Shown here: in pieces, positions 36,863 to 48,804 of the stretch
How the letters are laid out: every line of letters begins with the position of its first letter
Numbering within the stretch: the first letter of the stretch is position 1
NCBI GenBank assembly: GCA_049999805.1
Contig: JBNGIO010005967.1
Location: 1 to 50,361 of the forward strand
From: Folioceros fuciformis
Taxonomy: Eukaryota
DNA length: 50,361 nt
Direction: 5' to 3'
Notes under the pieces: generated by a model
Told to the model about the DNA's origin: nothing
Databases searched by the model: none
Seen by the model: only the letters and a program-made list of their open reading frames with translations
Position numbers and translations under genes: made by a program

Positions 36863-39800
36863 ATGGCGCCAGCTGCAGCACCGTGCCAGTCTCTGCACGA
36901 GCTGGCAGGAATGTGCGAGTATTGTGGAGAGGCCTGCGACAGCACAACCGACGAGCTTAATGCCATCAACTGCACGTTCGAGGGCTGTCCCAGCCCTGAA
37001 ATTTATCACCAGAGCTGCATTGAGGCCTACCTCAAGAGCATACGCTTGGACAAGTATGTTGTTGTGCTGCATTCGGGATCTGGGGCGGGGGCGCAATGCA
37101 TTGCTGATTTGGTGCTCTGTATTGGCCCTCTGGACTATGATTTGTGGTTTATGGCGTGTGGGGATCCGGTGTGGGGGCCCTGCTCTTCTTCTTCCTCCCC
37201 TGTGCTGCTGCTGCTGCCTGCAGTTTTGGCGGGGTGCTGTTAGGTTTTCGGACCAGCTCCTCATCCTCTGTCTTGGCTTCTTCGCAGGCAGCGGAAGACT
37301 GGGTTTCAGTGCCCAAGAGGATGCGGGAAGGGTTCCAAGTGGGATAAACCCTGTCCAGGCAGGGTGAGGCTTCTGAATCCGGCTCTGTATCGAGAAATGA
37401 ACGCTGCTTGCCCTCCCTTCTCCCCCTCCCGTTTAGCTGGCCCTTGAGGGATTGTTGGGTCTTGGTTTGTACATGCTTGTTGTGATACTGGAATCCATAC
37501 CCTGGACCGGCGTGCACGTTGGGGAGCTGCGGGCTGCTCTCCTTTCCTACCGTCCTGGTTGATCTTCCTGTCAAGTGAATGCTGTCTGCAACTCATGGTT
37601 TGTGACTTGTTCTGCAGGTCACTAAATCACATCCCATCCACGCCCGCAATGATAGTAGGTGTGTAACTAGGCTTCGAACTAATTCTAGGTTCCCTATCAT
37701 CTTCCAACTTTGGTAAACCAATCAGTCCTTCTCCGGCGCTAGAGTGATGACACTTTGTGCTGCCATGGTATGCAGCAAAAAGCGCAGGAAAGCAAAGCAG
37801 CCTGAGCCAGCTCCTCAGTTGCCCTCCCCAGCTTCCGCGAAGAAGCAAGCAGGTCTCACCAAGTCGAAATCCGTTAAATCGGATAAGGAGAAGTCTCCGG
37901 AGGTGGAGTCAGAGGATAGTAGAGTATGCCCTACTCCGGTGAAAGCACAGGTCTTGAACAGGGCTTCGACCTTCCCCGGTGGTGACAAAAGTTCAGCTTT
38001 GAGTAATAGCAATGGTCATGGGGAAGCAGGTGCTGCTGCTGCAGACATGAAGGATGGGGATGGACCTTTCAGTGGAAGCAAAATTGGTGGCAGCTATATG
38101 GAGAAGTCTTCGGATAGTGGGTCTGCCGACACTTCCGACAGTGAGGACTCTTCAAATGCTTCACAGATGAGTACATCAGCACCATCTAGAGACTTCAAAG
38201 AAGTGCTTGCAGGTCCTCGATACATACCGGCACCACCAGTTGTGAATGCATGGGCGTCAGGGCGTCCGCGGAATGGGGATATTCCCTTGCCTCCAGGAGT
38301 AAGCGGCCAATGCCTTGGCTTTTTGGAAACTAAGATTTCTTAGGTTATATCAGGGACTTACTGTATCTATGTGTGCTTCCCAGAAGGATCAAATTCAAGC
38401 TGTGCCTCCTGAGGTTCGGCCAACTTCAGCACAGCCAGCCAACCAATCTGAGCCCACGAATGTCAAGCAAGTAGTCCCTGTGTCAGCGGAAGAAGCAAGT
38501 TTACTAGCTGAAATTGATAAACAGGAAGAGCGACGAAAGAGGTAAATCCCCGAAACGGCACAAAAAGTGACTTCGCACATCTAGCATTTATGTCTCTTAG
38601 CTTGACCCGTGCGAATTGGCAGGGCGCAAGGTAAAAACGAGAAGAAGCATGTACGGCAAGTGTTAGCAAAGCTTCGGGAAAGGCTCGATGACTTGAGAAA
38701 AAGTAGAGCAACTTTGTCAGCAACTGCTGCCCATATTTCCGATGAGATCCGGAACAGTACAGCAAGTTCTGATGCGGTTGGCAAGAGCATGGCTGCGAAA
38801 CTTACGTATTCAGATGGGCAAGGGACACTGGGAAAATGGAGTCCACTCTGTATCAATGCCCTCAGGAATAGGAAGGCAGCGGCAATTGTGAAGCACTTAA
38901 AGACGTGGGTCCTTGCTGTCCTGTTACTGCCCTTTCTAAGATGAAGCTTTCCTCAGGACCCTGAGGCTGCAGTTGTACTCATTGGTACTTATTTCTTTGC
39001 AGCGTAGGATTTGATGATGTGCAATGCAATATTGCGATCCAAGCTGCTGGGATAAGTGTCCAGAATTGTCTTGAATGGCTTCTAAGAAATGCAACAAGCA
39101 TACAGGCTAATAAACCAGATCTGCTGCCGCAAGGTCCACCAGTGGTGAGTCAGGAGTATGTTTTCTACGTTACAGTTACCTCCGAAGTACTGTCTGCACC
39201 TTATCAACCTTCTTACTTGCTTTTCCCCTTTTGCAGGAGATCAGTGTTGAGCTAAAACAACTGGACGAATTGTTGAAGTCAAAAGACTTTACTCAGGTTA
39301 GATCACAAGTGCGGTTTTTGTCATGAACTTCGTAACTACAGGATTCTGTATTGCTTGAATCCTGCGTTCGTCAGCATGTTACAAGCCCGCTTAGCTTGAT
39401 GCTGTCCCACTTGTGCAGGACCAGATAGAAGTAGCTGTCGTGAATGAATGTGGAGATATAGAAGCTGCTATGGAGCAATTGAAAAGGGGTAGGAGTCAAA
39501 GAAATGGAGTGGCTTCCGGGCCCACTCGTAGCGCCACGCCTGCAGCACAGGGATCACCCACTGCTTCGTCAAGTAATGGGATGCCGAGAGGCGCCAACCC
39601 TGGAAATACTGGCTCCATCTGGGATGGCAGCCGCCGCACAACGGCAACAGGTAGCAGTGTACGGCCAAGCCAGTCTGAAGATCCGGAGTTTGAAGATTCC
39701 AGAAATTTTGCAGGAGGCGAATGCATCTCAAATGTTTCGATGTACAATGCCCGAGTAGGTGTCGAGGAACAGCGTGCATCCCCAAGAGAAGTGATGTCTA

Positions 39801-40879
39801 GTTTAACATCTACGAGGACTTCTCTTTCGAGGGAAGGAGGTCGACCACCATTTGCTTTGCCCAGCAAGCCACAGGTACCAGGATCGGTGGAGCAGTATGT
39901 CAACACCATGGAATCATCTGTGGCAACCAGCAGCTACTCTCGGCTGCCAGTTTCAACCCCGGAAGTCCCAATTTTCAGCAAGCCTTCCATGGAGCTGGTG
40001 TCAAATGCATTTGTACCTCACGTGAACAGCAGCTCAGGGCCTTCAAGGGCATTGCCTGGGGCTGGGTTCTTCCATCCCCAGTCTGAGCACGGGCAAGCAA
40101 TGGAGAATGGTTACAGTAGCTTCCTGAGCGAGCCCACGGCCTCCACCGTGACAAGTGTAACAGCAGCTGTTCTGAATGACGGGGAATACGATGAGCAAGC
40201 CATCAAGGAGTCCATGGCCCGCATACCGGAGTCCCAGGATTTGACGGAGTCTTCCATTTGGAATCCGAGGCACGAGTCTGAAATATGGGGAACACAAGGA
40301 CTAGGAGCAGCAGGGCCTTCGTCATCCTTCTATAACTCCGACACAGCACGTAGGATAACTACCAGTGCCCCAGCTTTATCAGAAGCCTTCAGTAATGGGG
40401 CTGCCTTGGGGTCCGATCCATCATATGGGCTGAACGGGAGGAATGGGTTTACCGGAGGGAACTGGAACTCGAGGTTAGGGTTGACACAATCGTTCCGCAA
40501 CATGCGCCCAGCTCCAGGTTTCGGGGGTGCATCTGCCCAGGCCCAGGCTCCGTCTGTGGGCATTCCTGACAGTGATTATTCCTTCGAAGAAACTGAAGGC
40601 TGGATGCATGAGTGTTTCCCACTTCGTCCCCGGAATGGGTACACACGGCCAGCTGGTTTGTATGACCAGAGTTTGGCCTACGGTGACCAACAGCGACATC
40701 GACAAAACGGTTTGAATGGCGTGCTTTCTCAGGCTGTCAGTGGGGCTTCTCACGGTAGGGCTGTGACCGTTGGGACTTCGCCAGGTATATGGGAGCGTCA
40801 TCCTTTGCGGGCACCGGTAGAAGAGCAAGATAGCCTTGTAAATCACTTGGTCGGGCTGCTGAAGGGTGTAGAAGTTTAG
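36863..40879 (+). CDS. Uncharacterised protein with an N-terminal Cys/His-rich (zinc-finger-like) domain and tandem UBA-like domains; 9 exons (36863-37053, 37288-37363, 37618-37658, 37776-38298, 38384-38541, 38623-38904, 39003-39144, 39237-39296, 39419-40879)
   Basis: All GT-AG joins keep the frame. KNEKKHVRQ, GFDDVQCNIAI...CLEWLL and EISVELKQL...IEVAVVNECGDIEAAMEQL resemble the plant UBA/EF1B-like family. Confidence 0.75.
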
Positions 40880-41349
40880 ATTCGTGATCCTTCAAGGGGC
40901 GTAGGGAACGATTCATCGACCTATCCCCGCGAGGGTGTGACTTCATAAATCGAGATCTCCTTGCACACGTCGTGACCGCTGAGCAGCTTTTACCGCCACT
41001 TTTTCCCCTGCTATTGTTAATACACTGTTGTCTGCAATGTGACGTAAACATTTCGGTGAATTAAGACTTTAGGTAAGTTGCTGAAAATAAACCTCGGTCA
41101 AACGCCAACAGTTTACACCGAAAGTAGTTCGGAAAGGGTGGGGTAATGACGCTTTAGTAGAATAAGACAAACAACATAATTCGGAGATTGCATATACTTC
41201 CAGCGTTTAGACCAAGATAAAACTTCAAAGCGCATGGACAGTTGGCAGACCAAAAACGACAGTCGATCTCAGACTAATCTCACAAGTCCTACCATACCCA
41301 GCCTCCTTCACAGCAGCAAAATCTGAGACATGGAACTCAGAAAGGAGTT

Positions 41350-42762
41350 TCAGTTATCTTCCTCATCCGACTCTGCCTCCGCACTCCGAAGCCAGGTGAC
41401 GAAAGGGTGTGCGGATTTCCGGACCTGCGCACCTCCAGGCTTAGACGCACAACTGTCAAACCACTCTAAAATGTGATCCTCATCCAAAACATCTTCGTCG
41501 TAAAGAACCTTCAACAAAACAGCAACCTCATTTCCCAGGTCGGTTCCATGGCTGGTGCAGTGACTTTCCAGTACGTCCAAAAAAATCTTTTGCTGTGCAC
41601 CATCCTGCACCACCTTCGCCAAGAAGGCTTTCCTCTTCGCAACCTCCTTGGATAGACCTTTGGAGACTCCTGCAAACAAAGCTTCGAAGATAGCAGAGAG
41701 CACCTCCTTTGGGGACTCTTCCTTAGCCTGACAGAGGGCAGCAAACTGCGCAGCAGTGAATCCTTTCTGAAGACACTCTTTGAAATCTTTCACAAGCTTC
41801 TCGTAAGGGCTTAGCTCTACAGCGTTCGGGGAATCCAAAACTTTCGTCTCATCAACAGCTTCCGAAGGGGGTTCCACTTTCTTGGATGACAACTTCTTCA
41901 GCAGCTTCGGCTTTCCCTCCTTGTCCTTGGGGGTTCTTGGAGTCTTCACTCGTGGAGAAGTTTGAGATTTCTCCGGTATGGTGAGCATGACCATCTCACT
42001 CGTAGCTGTGCTCAGCTGCTCCTGGATGCGCTGCTTGGCCGCCTCGGCAGAAGTATCTGTCTGCCACTCAACTCCATCATCATCTACCAAAAGATCCTCA
42101 CCCTCATCCACGAGGCTGGCGACAGGTGACAGCTCCTCGTCAGATCCATTGCCGTTAGCCGTCGATTTCTTCTTGGTGGACTTCTTGTCGTCATCTGTCC
42201 CCTTCTTCTTCCTCGAATTCTTCAACTTCTTCGCTTCCTCGTCAGCCAACTCTCCCTGATCCAGCCTCTCTTTCTCTGCTTTCCTCAGACCCTTCTCCTT
42301 CTTGCCAGCCTTCCTCTGCTCTGGGGGATTCTTCAAAATGTAGGTGGTCAGCTTGTCACGCATGTCAACTTCGGAAACAAAACCACATGCCTGGCACTTC
42401 AAATTAATGAGCTGACTCTTGGTAATATTGATGTCGGTCTCCGGGTTCCCACAACCATAGCATTGCACATACTTCTTGATGAAGTTCTCCAGCAGACCTG
42501 CAAGCTTGGCCGTGTCGTGCGCCCCATTCACAATGGACGTTCCAGTCTTCTCGTCAAACTTGGACTGGGCACCGAGCTCACATCCGAAGTATTTGGTGGT
42601 GTAGGCCGGACTCCTGGCCAATGCCTTGGCGACATCAACCATGTTGACCACATTGGTCTTGATCCCATTTCCACGGCCCTCAATCTTGGTCTGCAGACGG
42701 GGCATCTTGTAACGATAGAACGCATCGTCACGGTTACTTGCCCCAATGTTGAGCAACGCCAT
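41350..42762 (-). CDS. EIF5: Eukaryotic translation initiation factor 5, 470 aa, intronless CDS
   Basis: [40 protein letters not shown] zinc ribbon and a W2 domain ending [16 protein letters not shown]. Confidence 0.97.
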   Translation of the reverse strand: MALLNIGASNRDDAFYRYKMPRLQTKIEGRGNGIKTNVVNMVDVAKALARSPAYTTKYFGCELGAQSKFDEKTGTSIVNGAHDTAKLAGLLENFIKKYVQCYGCGNPETDINITKSQLINLKCQACGFVSEVDMRDKLTTYILKNPPEQRKAGKKEKGLRKAEKERLDQGELADEEAKKLKNSRKKKGTDDDKKSTKKKSTANGNGSDEELSPVASLVDEGEDLLVDDDGVEWQTDTSAEAAKQRIQEQLSTATSEMVMLTIPEKSQTSPRVKTPRTPKDKEGKPKLLKKLSSKKVEPPSEAVDETKVLDSPNAVELSPYEKLVKDFKECLQKGFTAAQFAALCQAKEESPKEVLSAIFEALFAGVSKGLSKEVAKRKAFLAKVVQDGAQQKIFLDVLESHCTSHGTDLGNEVAVLLKVLYDEDVLDEDHILEWFDSCASKPGGAQVRKSAHPFVTWLRSAEAESDEEDN

Positions 42763-42905
42763 GATGACAAGCGAACAGATGGGATCTCCCTCGCCCACAC
42801 CGGGTAACTCAAGCCTTGCCCCTCTTACCAGGCTCCGGAGAGTCGGCTACAAAGCGATCTTCACGCGATGGATGAGAAGAAACGTTGCAGCCTACTCGGG
42901 CCAGA

Positions 42906-43094
42906 TCATGACAGAGTATCTGACATGGGCAAGGAGGCTCCGGCGCGACTAGGGAACAGAGACTGGCCTGACTTGGCTGCATGCAGCCGCTCCCAATCGT
43001 CCCGTGGCTGACGCTTACGTCTGTTCCTTCTTGTGGGACAATACTCCCCAAGCAACCCGACCGACCCCAGGTAAAAGCAGATGGCCTGAGACAT
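42906..43094 (-). promoter_or_regulatory. 62-codon uORF in the eIF5 5' leader, starting at a poor-context AUG (uuuAUGu)
   Basis: It is the first AUG after the predicted leader intron (43333-43169). Further uAUGs lie at 42982, 42926 and 42909. Confidence 0.7.
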
Positions 43095-43708
43095 AAAAGA
43101 ATGTGCCGCCACCGCAACGACCTCCTTCGCGCTCCGAACCGTAGCCCCTGCCCTCCAAATCTTCTGACCTGAAAAACTACGAGCAGCTCGTACTCTCCCC
43201 GCCTGCAACACGTCCCGTAAGAAGTCCACAATCACACAGACAAGCCATTCTACACCAAACCCATTCCAAACAACACCAACTCCGACCCGCCCGAAACCAC
43301 ACAAACGCAACAACTCCAAGCACGGCCACAAACCTTAAAGAAAAAGGCCTTTCGCAGCAGCTCAGCTAGGCAGCAATCGGATCTGTGACTCCCCACACTA
43401 GATCAACAGCCGAAGGAGCGGTGCCTCGAAGATGAACTCCCAGAACACAACCTGAGCCGCACGCACCGGCCGCTATGAAACCCTTGCAAACCCCAGCAGC
43501 CGCACCGAGCGACTGAGCTCCCGAGAAAGCAACAGGGCGGAAGCGGGCAACCGAGCCTTGTGTGACGCACAAGACAAGGCGGAGATCCGGCAACAAGGCT
43601 GGAGCAGTAGCGTGCAGCAGAAGGAGATGCGCAGTGAAGCGGAGGGAGGAAGCCACAAGGAGCGGGAGACAACCGCAGGGCACGCGAAAAGTTCTAGATC
43701 CCGCAAGG

Positions 43709-44040
43709 AAACCCTAAAAGAAGTGGTGGCGATGGAGGGGTCCAATAGGCCAAAGGCACCGCTGGCTCTGGCTCACGCTGGACTCTGGCCTGAGGCGCCA
43801 CGACAATTCCGTTGCGTAAATTCCCAAACTCCAGCTCACAATGTACACCCGACTCTAAAGTAAAATTTATGATCCCAGTAACCTTTCAGACAACCTTGGC
43901 GCGCCGCGCTCGCTTCGACATTTCTGTTACACTCCAACTCAATAATGTCGAAGAAATGGGGCCCATAAAATACAGGCGCAACTCAGAACCTTGTAAAAGT
44001 TTGAAGTGGGCTTGAGCTTTAGCTGCCCATGGCCCATGGG
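43709..44040 (-). promoter_or_regulatory. eIF5 promoter region with a telo-box and site II motifs
   Basis: AAACCCTAA at 43709-43717. TGGGCC/TGGGCT/GGCCCA at ~43958, ~43987 and ~44031. Confidence 0.6.
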
Positions 44041-44103
44041 CATTCGATTTTAATAACATCCGGGAATATGACCCCAACTTGCGGGCGCCTCAAGAACATA
44101 ATG

Positions 44104-44362
44104 CAAGTAGCTTATAGAGCTCCGTGCGCCTGACACCGGCTTGCTAGCGGCATGGATTGGGTATACCAGTAAACGCGCAATCACAGGAACAGAATGCGAG
44201 TAGCGAAGAAAACTCCATGCGTGCGACACCGGATTGCTAGCGGCATAGGACTGCGAGTTGCGAACAAATCTCCATGTGTGTGCCATCGGCTTGCCGGCGG
44301 CATCAAACTGCGAGTAGCGAACAAAACTCCATTCCTGTGACACTGATTACCAGCTGCATGGA
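44104..44362. repeat. 57-bp tandem repeat, 3 copies plus a degenerate fourth
   Basis: CGAGTWGCGAA at 44197, 44254 and 44311, with a related unit at ~44104. Confidence 0.8.
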
Positions 44363-44559
44363 ACCTGAATTTGAGATTGATCTTGTAAGTCGAGTCGAGA
44401 CACAAACAAGAAACTAGTACTTTGTTCAGTACCTACTTCTGCAGCAACCTTGTTTGTTGCCTTGAATTTGATGGAGAGGCAGCCCGAAGGGCTTCACGCA
44501 AAAAAAACGTGTGATATGAGACTTCTGTCTGTATCAAGTACATATGCTTGGCATGGTGA

Positions 44560-44825
44560 ACTCTTTTCCAAGAAGCTGCTTGGCATGAAGATCCTAAGCA
44601 ATTCCGCGAATGTTGGCTAATGACTCCCACAACTTTCACCGACATTTGCTGCTTGGTGGCTGAAGATCTCTTAACAAAACCTCTCCTACCACTGAGGCAA
44701 ATTCCAAAGAGACAGTTAGTGGATGACATTCAAGTGGCCTTAGCATTGAGATGTCTAGCTACAGGAGACACTCTCAAATCAGTAGCAGAATTGTTTCGCT
44801 CGGCGGAATCAACAACATCAAAACA
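44560..44825 (+). mobile_element. PIF/Harbinger transposase (HARBI1-like) N-terminal HTH fragment, truncated
   Basis: QFRECWLMTPTTFTDICCLV...QVALALRCLATGDTLKSVAELFRSAESTTSK. No DDE core was recognised downstream. Confidence 0.7.
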
Positions 44826-46325
44826 AGATTTTCATATAAGAAACCGTAGCCGCATCGTCGGGAGCAACAGCTGTTGTAGCGGGCGGCTTGTTGATTTGAG
44901 GTTACTGAAGTCTCGTTGTAGCCATAATAGCTAAGCAGGGAGACTGTGCAGGGAGTCAGTGAGCCGGATCAGGACGCTCCTCTTATCTGCCCCAACTATG
45001 CAATGAGAACATTTCATTTGTTGCACGTGCATGCAACTCAGTCGGCACTGGCGCCAAGCTTCGAATTCGACGATGTGTAAGGATTGGTTTTCCTCTTCGA
45101 TGAGGAAGCTCGCCAAAGCTTGGAAGCTCGCCGCCAATGCCAAGTTGTACGCGCGTACAACGAAATGTTCTTAATGAATGCGCAGTGGGGGAAGATAGGA
45201 GGATATTTCCTGGTCCTGCTCATGGTATCTCCTTGCGCTGTCTGCCACTCTTACCCATGGCTATCGCAGCAGCTTCATCAACAATCCACCGGCGACAAAA
45301 GCTGTCTCCCGTCCTTCTGCAAGTAGAGGCACCTATTCAATTCGAGGAGAGGTGGGGGCTCCAAACCAAGTTGCGGTTCGGTTCCCGAGACACGAAGCTT
45401 CGGGTCTCGGGAACCAAAGCTGAGAGGCGATTTACCCTCAGGCAGTTCGAGGCCTTCAACAAAAATTAAGATGTCTCCGTGAGCTCGAATCCATGCAGAC
45501 GCACCAGATGAGGCAGGTGAGGTGTTCTGATTGTGAGAATCCGAAGAGAGAGTGAGAACTTCACCCCTGATCGTTACTAAGTGTAACACCCTGATGTCAC
45601 TCAATGTTGATTGATATGCTACAGGAAGTGAGTAGCAAGCCTTTGCACGGTTTAAGCAGCCGCGCAAAATTTTGCTATGTACACGATTCTGTTTTCGGAA
45701 CCCGAAGTGTGTCACCATGAAGAAACAACGAAGATCGGCACCGTGGGCTCGTGTTTGTGAACGGGTCATGATTTATCAAAACGGGGCACCCTATCGGCTT
45801 TCTGTTGAAGGGATCGTGAAACCCTTCGCCATGGCTGCCCAGTCTGTTCGCACTTGAGCGTCGTACAGGTCCTTGGCTGCTTAGGAAAATGCTCAATCTG
45901 GCATTTGACGTGATGGCCAAAAGCAGATCCAGATACAGGTAGCTGCGAGGAACAATTGGCTTTCCACGGCTGGTGGTCACTCCAGAAAATCCTATTCCAG
46001 TTGCGTCCCTTATTGCCTACTCTAGGCCCTGCTGTGCTGGTAATACCCTGATATCGATCACGGCACTCCCAAATAACCACACAGCTTTGACGGGAGTCCA
46101 ACAAAACCTCCCTGAGCATCCTCTATGCTGCCGAACTTTGCAGACATGTTCCGCAGACTGGTGGTCACAAACACATCGCCTTCATGTAGTCTGGTTATTT
46201 CCAGTTATTTTAGCTAATAAAGCCAGCTCGGACACTCCGCATTCCATCCCTACGTCCGGGGCAGCAAGCTAAAAAAATATGCCACTGGCTTTCAGACGTA
46301 CACCATTTGGATGCAGCACGGATTG

Positions 46326-46566
46326 GGAGAGGAAGAGGGAGTAGGAAGCAGAGGAGGAAGACGGAGGAGAAGGAAGCAGAGGAGGAAGAAGGAGGAGTAG
46401 GAAGCAGAGGAGGAAGAAAGAGGATTAGGAATCAGAGGAGGAAGGAGGAGGAGTAGGAAGCAGAGGAGGAAGAAAGAGGAATAGGAATCAGAGGAGGAAG
46501 AAAGAGGAATAGGAATCAGAGGAGGAAGGAGGAGGAGGAGGAGCAGGAAGCAGAGGAGGAGGGAGG
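46326..46566. repeat. Polypurine minisatellite (~25-28-bp unit, ~8 copies) just upstream of QPT
   Basis: AGGAAGCAGAGGAGGAAG and AGGAATCAGAGGAGGAAG are repeated. Confidence 0.9.
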
Positions 46567-46673
46567 ATCCGCCTTCCAGGAAGGAGTTTATGCAACAGGT
46601 GGTCTGGGCAACCTTCCCCTTCGTGCTTTAAGGGTTTGGAATCAGAAGGAAAGAAATAGGATTCCAAACGAGG

Positions 46674-48608
46674 ATGGAGGCGCTGAATGTGAGAATATGC
46701 TTACGGACGTCTCAGTGTGGTTTCCACAAACAGAAAAGGGCCGGATGGTCGAGGGATTCAGGTAGCTTCCCAACCTGGAGAGCAGACGCTGTTTCTTCCA
46801 CACGGCTGGTTTGGTCGGCGGAAATGCAGCCCCGTGCTCCAAGTGTAAGGTGGGAAGCTCATCGTGATGGGTTTATACACGTCCGTCTGAGTTAGGCACT
46901 CCAGCTTCTAATCATGCATTTTGCAGCAGATGTTCAGCTCCAGCTGTTGCAGAGCCTGGCATCAACACATCGCATCCCAGGTCCCCCATTCCTCCGCCTG
47001 CTCACCCAACATACGATTTGCAACATGTGATCAAGCTGGCTCTTGCAGAGGATGCCGGAGATCAAGGTCCTTTCCTGTTGCACTGGATTCAGGGTGTTGC
47101 AACCGAGCAAGATAAGAGTTCCTGCTTAACCTAGTTCCCGCCTGCAGGTGATGTTACCTGTTTGGCCACCATCTCACAAGAGGTGGAAGCCGAGGCTCAG
47201 TTCCTGGCTAAAGCTGATGGAGTGATAGCTGGCATTGCCATGGCGAATCTGATTTTCCAGGAAGTGAATCGGCAGCTGGAGGTGGAACATGCTGCCCATT
47301 CCTCAGCGTCGCTTTCTGCAACTTGTGTGTCACCTCATGGAGCTAAAGATATGGGAGTTGCTGGGTGGCAGGTGGAATGGACTGTTCAGGATGGGGATTG
47401 GATACGCAAGGGGCAGCAGTTTGGTGTCGTGCGTGGTGAGAGTGTTATGTATCCTCTTACCTCTTGTGATGATGAGGGAGGTGAAGCTGGTTCATGAACT
47501 TAGAGGCTGCTGCTCGCAGGGAGTGCAAGAAGCATTCTTCTGGCAGAAAGAGTGGTGCTCAACTTCATGCAGCGCATGAGCGGCATTGCCACTAATACAA
47601 GGGTACTCCAAAGACTCACTTCCCTGGGTTCAGAAAGTTGTACTCAAGCTGCGTCCTGCTGATGCTATGGTGGATGAGCAGAGGATGGTAGAGGCCGCCA
47701 AACCAGCCCGGATGTTGGAAACAAGGAAGACTGTGCCAGGCTTGAGACTAGTTGATAAGTGGGCGGTCAGTTGAAGTTCTAACCTTGCTACCTATGCAAA
47801 CTTTCTGGCAAGTCAGCACACAATGCCTGAGAAAGCTAGTGCAGGTATTGATAGGTGGTGGAGAGAATCATCGAATAGGCCTGTTTGACATGGTGTTGGT
47901 GAAGGACAACCATATCGCTGTAGCAGGTGGGATAAGTAAAGCTATCTCTGCAGTTGAGAAGTACCTCAAGGAGCGGAACCTCGACATTGGTGTCGAGGTA
48001 CTAGCCAGTTTACCAGCTTCTGCACCAACGCAATATCTCTGATGGATCCAGTTCAGTCTTCATGTGCTACTACCACGTGCAGGTAGAAACAAGAACTCTA
48101 GACGAAGTGAGAGAAGTACTACAATGCCAAGACAAGGGAGTAGGAAGAGTAACACGAATTATGTTGGACAACATGGTCGTTAGACTTCCGGACGGAGATG
48201 TCGATGTATCCATGCTGGAGGAAGCTCTGCAACTCATCAACGGGCGGATTGACACTGAGGTATGCGTAATTCATCCCCTGCTCTGCGGTTATAGTGTACT
48301 CCTTACGCGAACCATTGGTTGACAATGTGACAAATTACCCCGAAAAACACTAGGCCTCTGGCAACGTGACCTTGTCATCCGTCCACAAGATTGGTTCAAC
48401 GGGCGTCACCTTCATTTCCAGGTACTACTCTTCCTGAGCAATCAACGCCCTCCTTCTAATGCAATTTGATCCAGTACTTATCTTCCTTACTGTCGTGTTG
48501 GTCGTCAGCGGAGCATTGACGCACTCTGTAGAAGCCCTGGACATCTCTCTTAACGTGGACACGGACTTGGCTCTATTAGTTGGAGAGCGGTCGAATCCTG
48601 AAATTTGA
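46674..48608 (+). CDS. QPT: Quinolinate phosphoribosyltransferase (nicotinate-nucleotide pyrophosphorylase), plastid-type; 10 exons (46674-46849, 46927-47066, 47148-47281, 47372-47435, 47520-47602, 47682-47765, 47845-47997, 48083-48259, 48354-48421, 48509-48608)
   Basis: [80 protein letters not shown] and SGALTHSV. Confidence 0.95.
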
Positions 48609-48804
48609 ACTCATTAGACCTGTACTCCAACATTCTCCCTCCTATGCAGCCTCCCGGGACAGCCTCCCGGGAAGTGAACATAGGAATGCTCCTGCGCGGA
48701 CTTATCAACGTGCACGTACTCCGTTTCTACCTTAGCGTGGATGGGAGAAGGCCTGAGACATACTTAGAAAACAAATGCCACAAGATATCTAGCTTCTTCT
48801 TGTC

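Noticed and set aside
42763..42798. 12-aa N-terminal extension of eIF5 given in the ORF track
   Set aside because: It begins at a GTG. The conserved start MALLNIG is the AUG at 42762, which is in optimal context.
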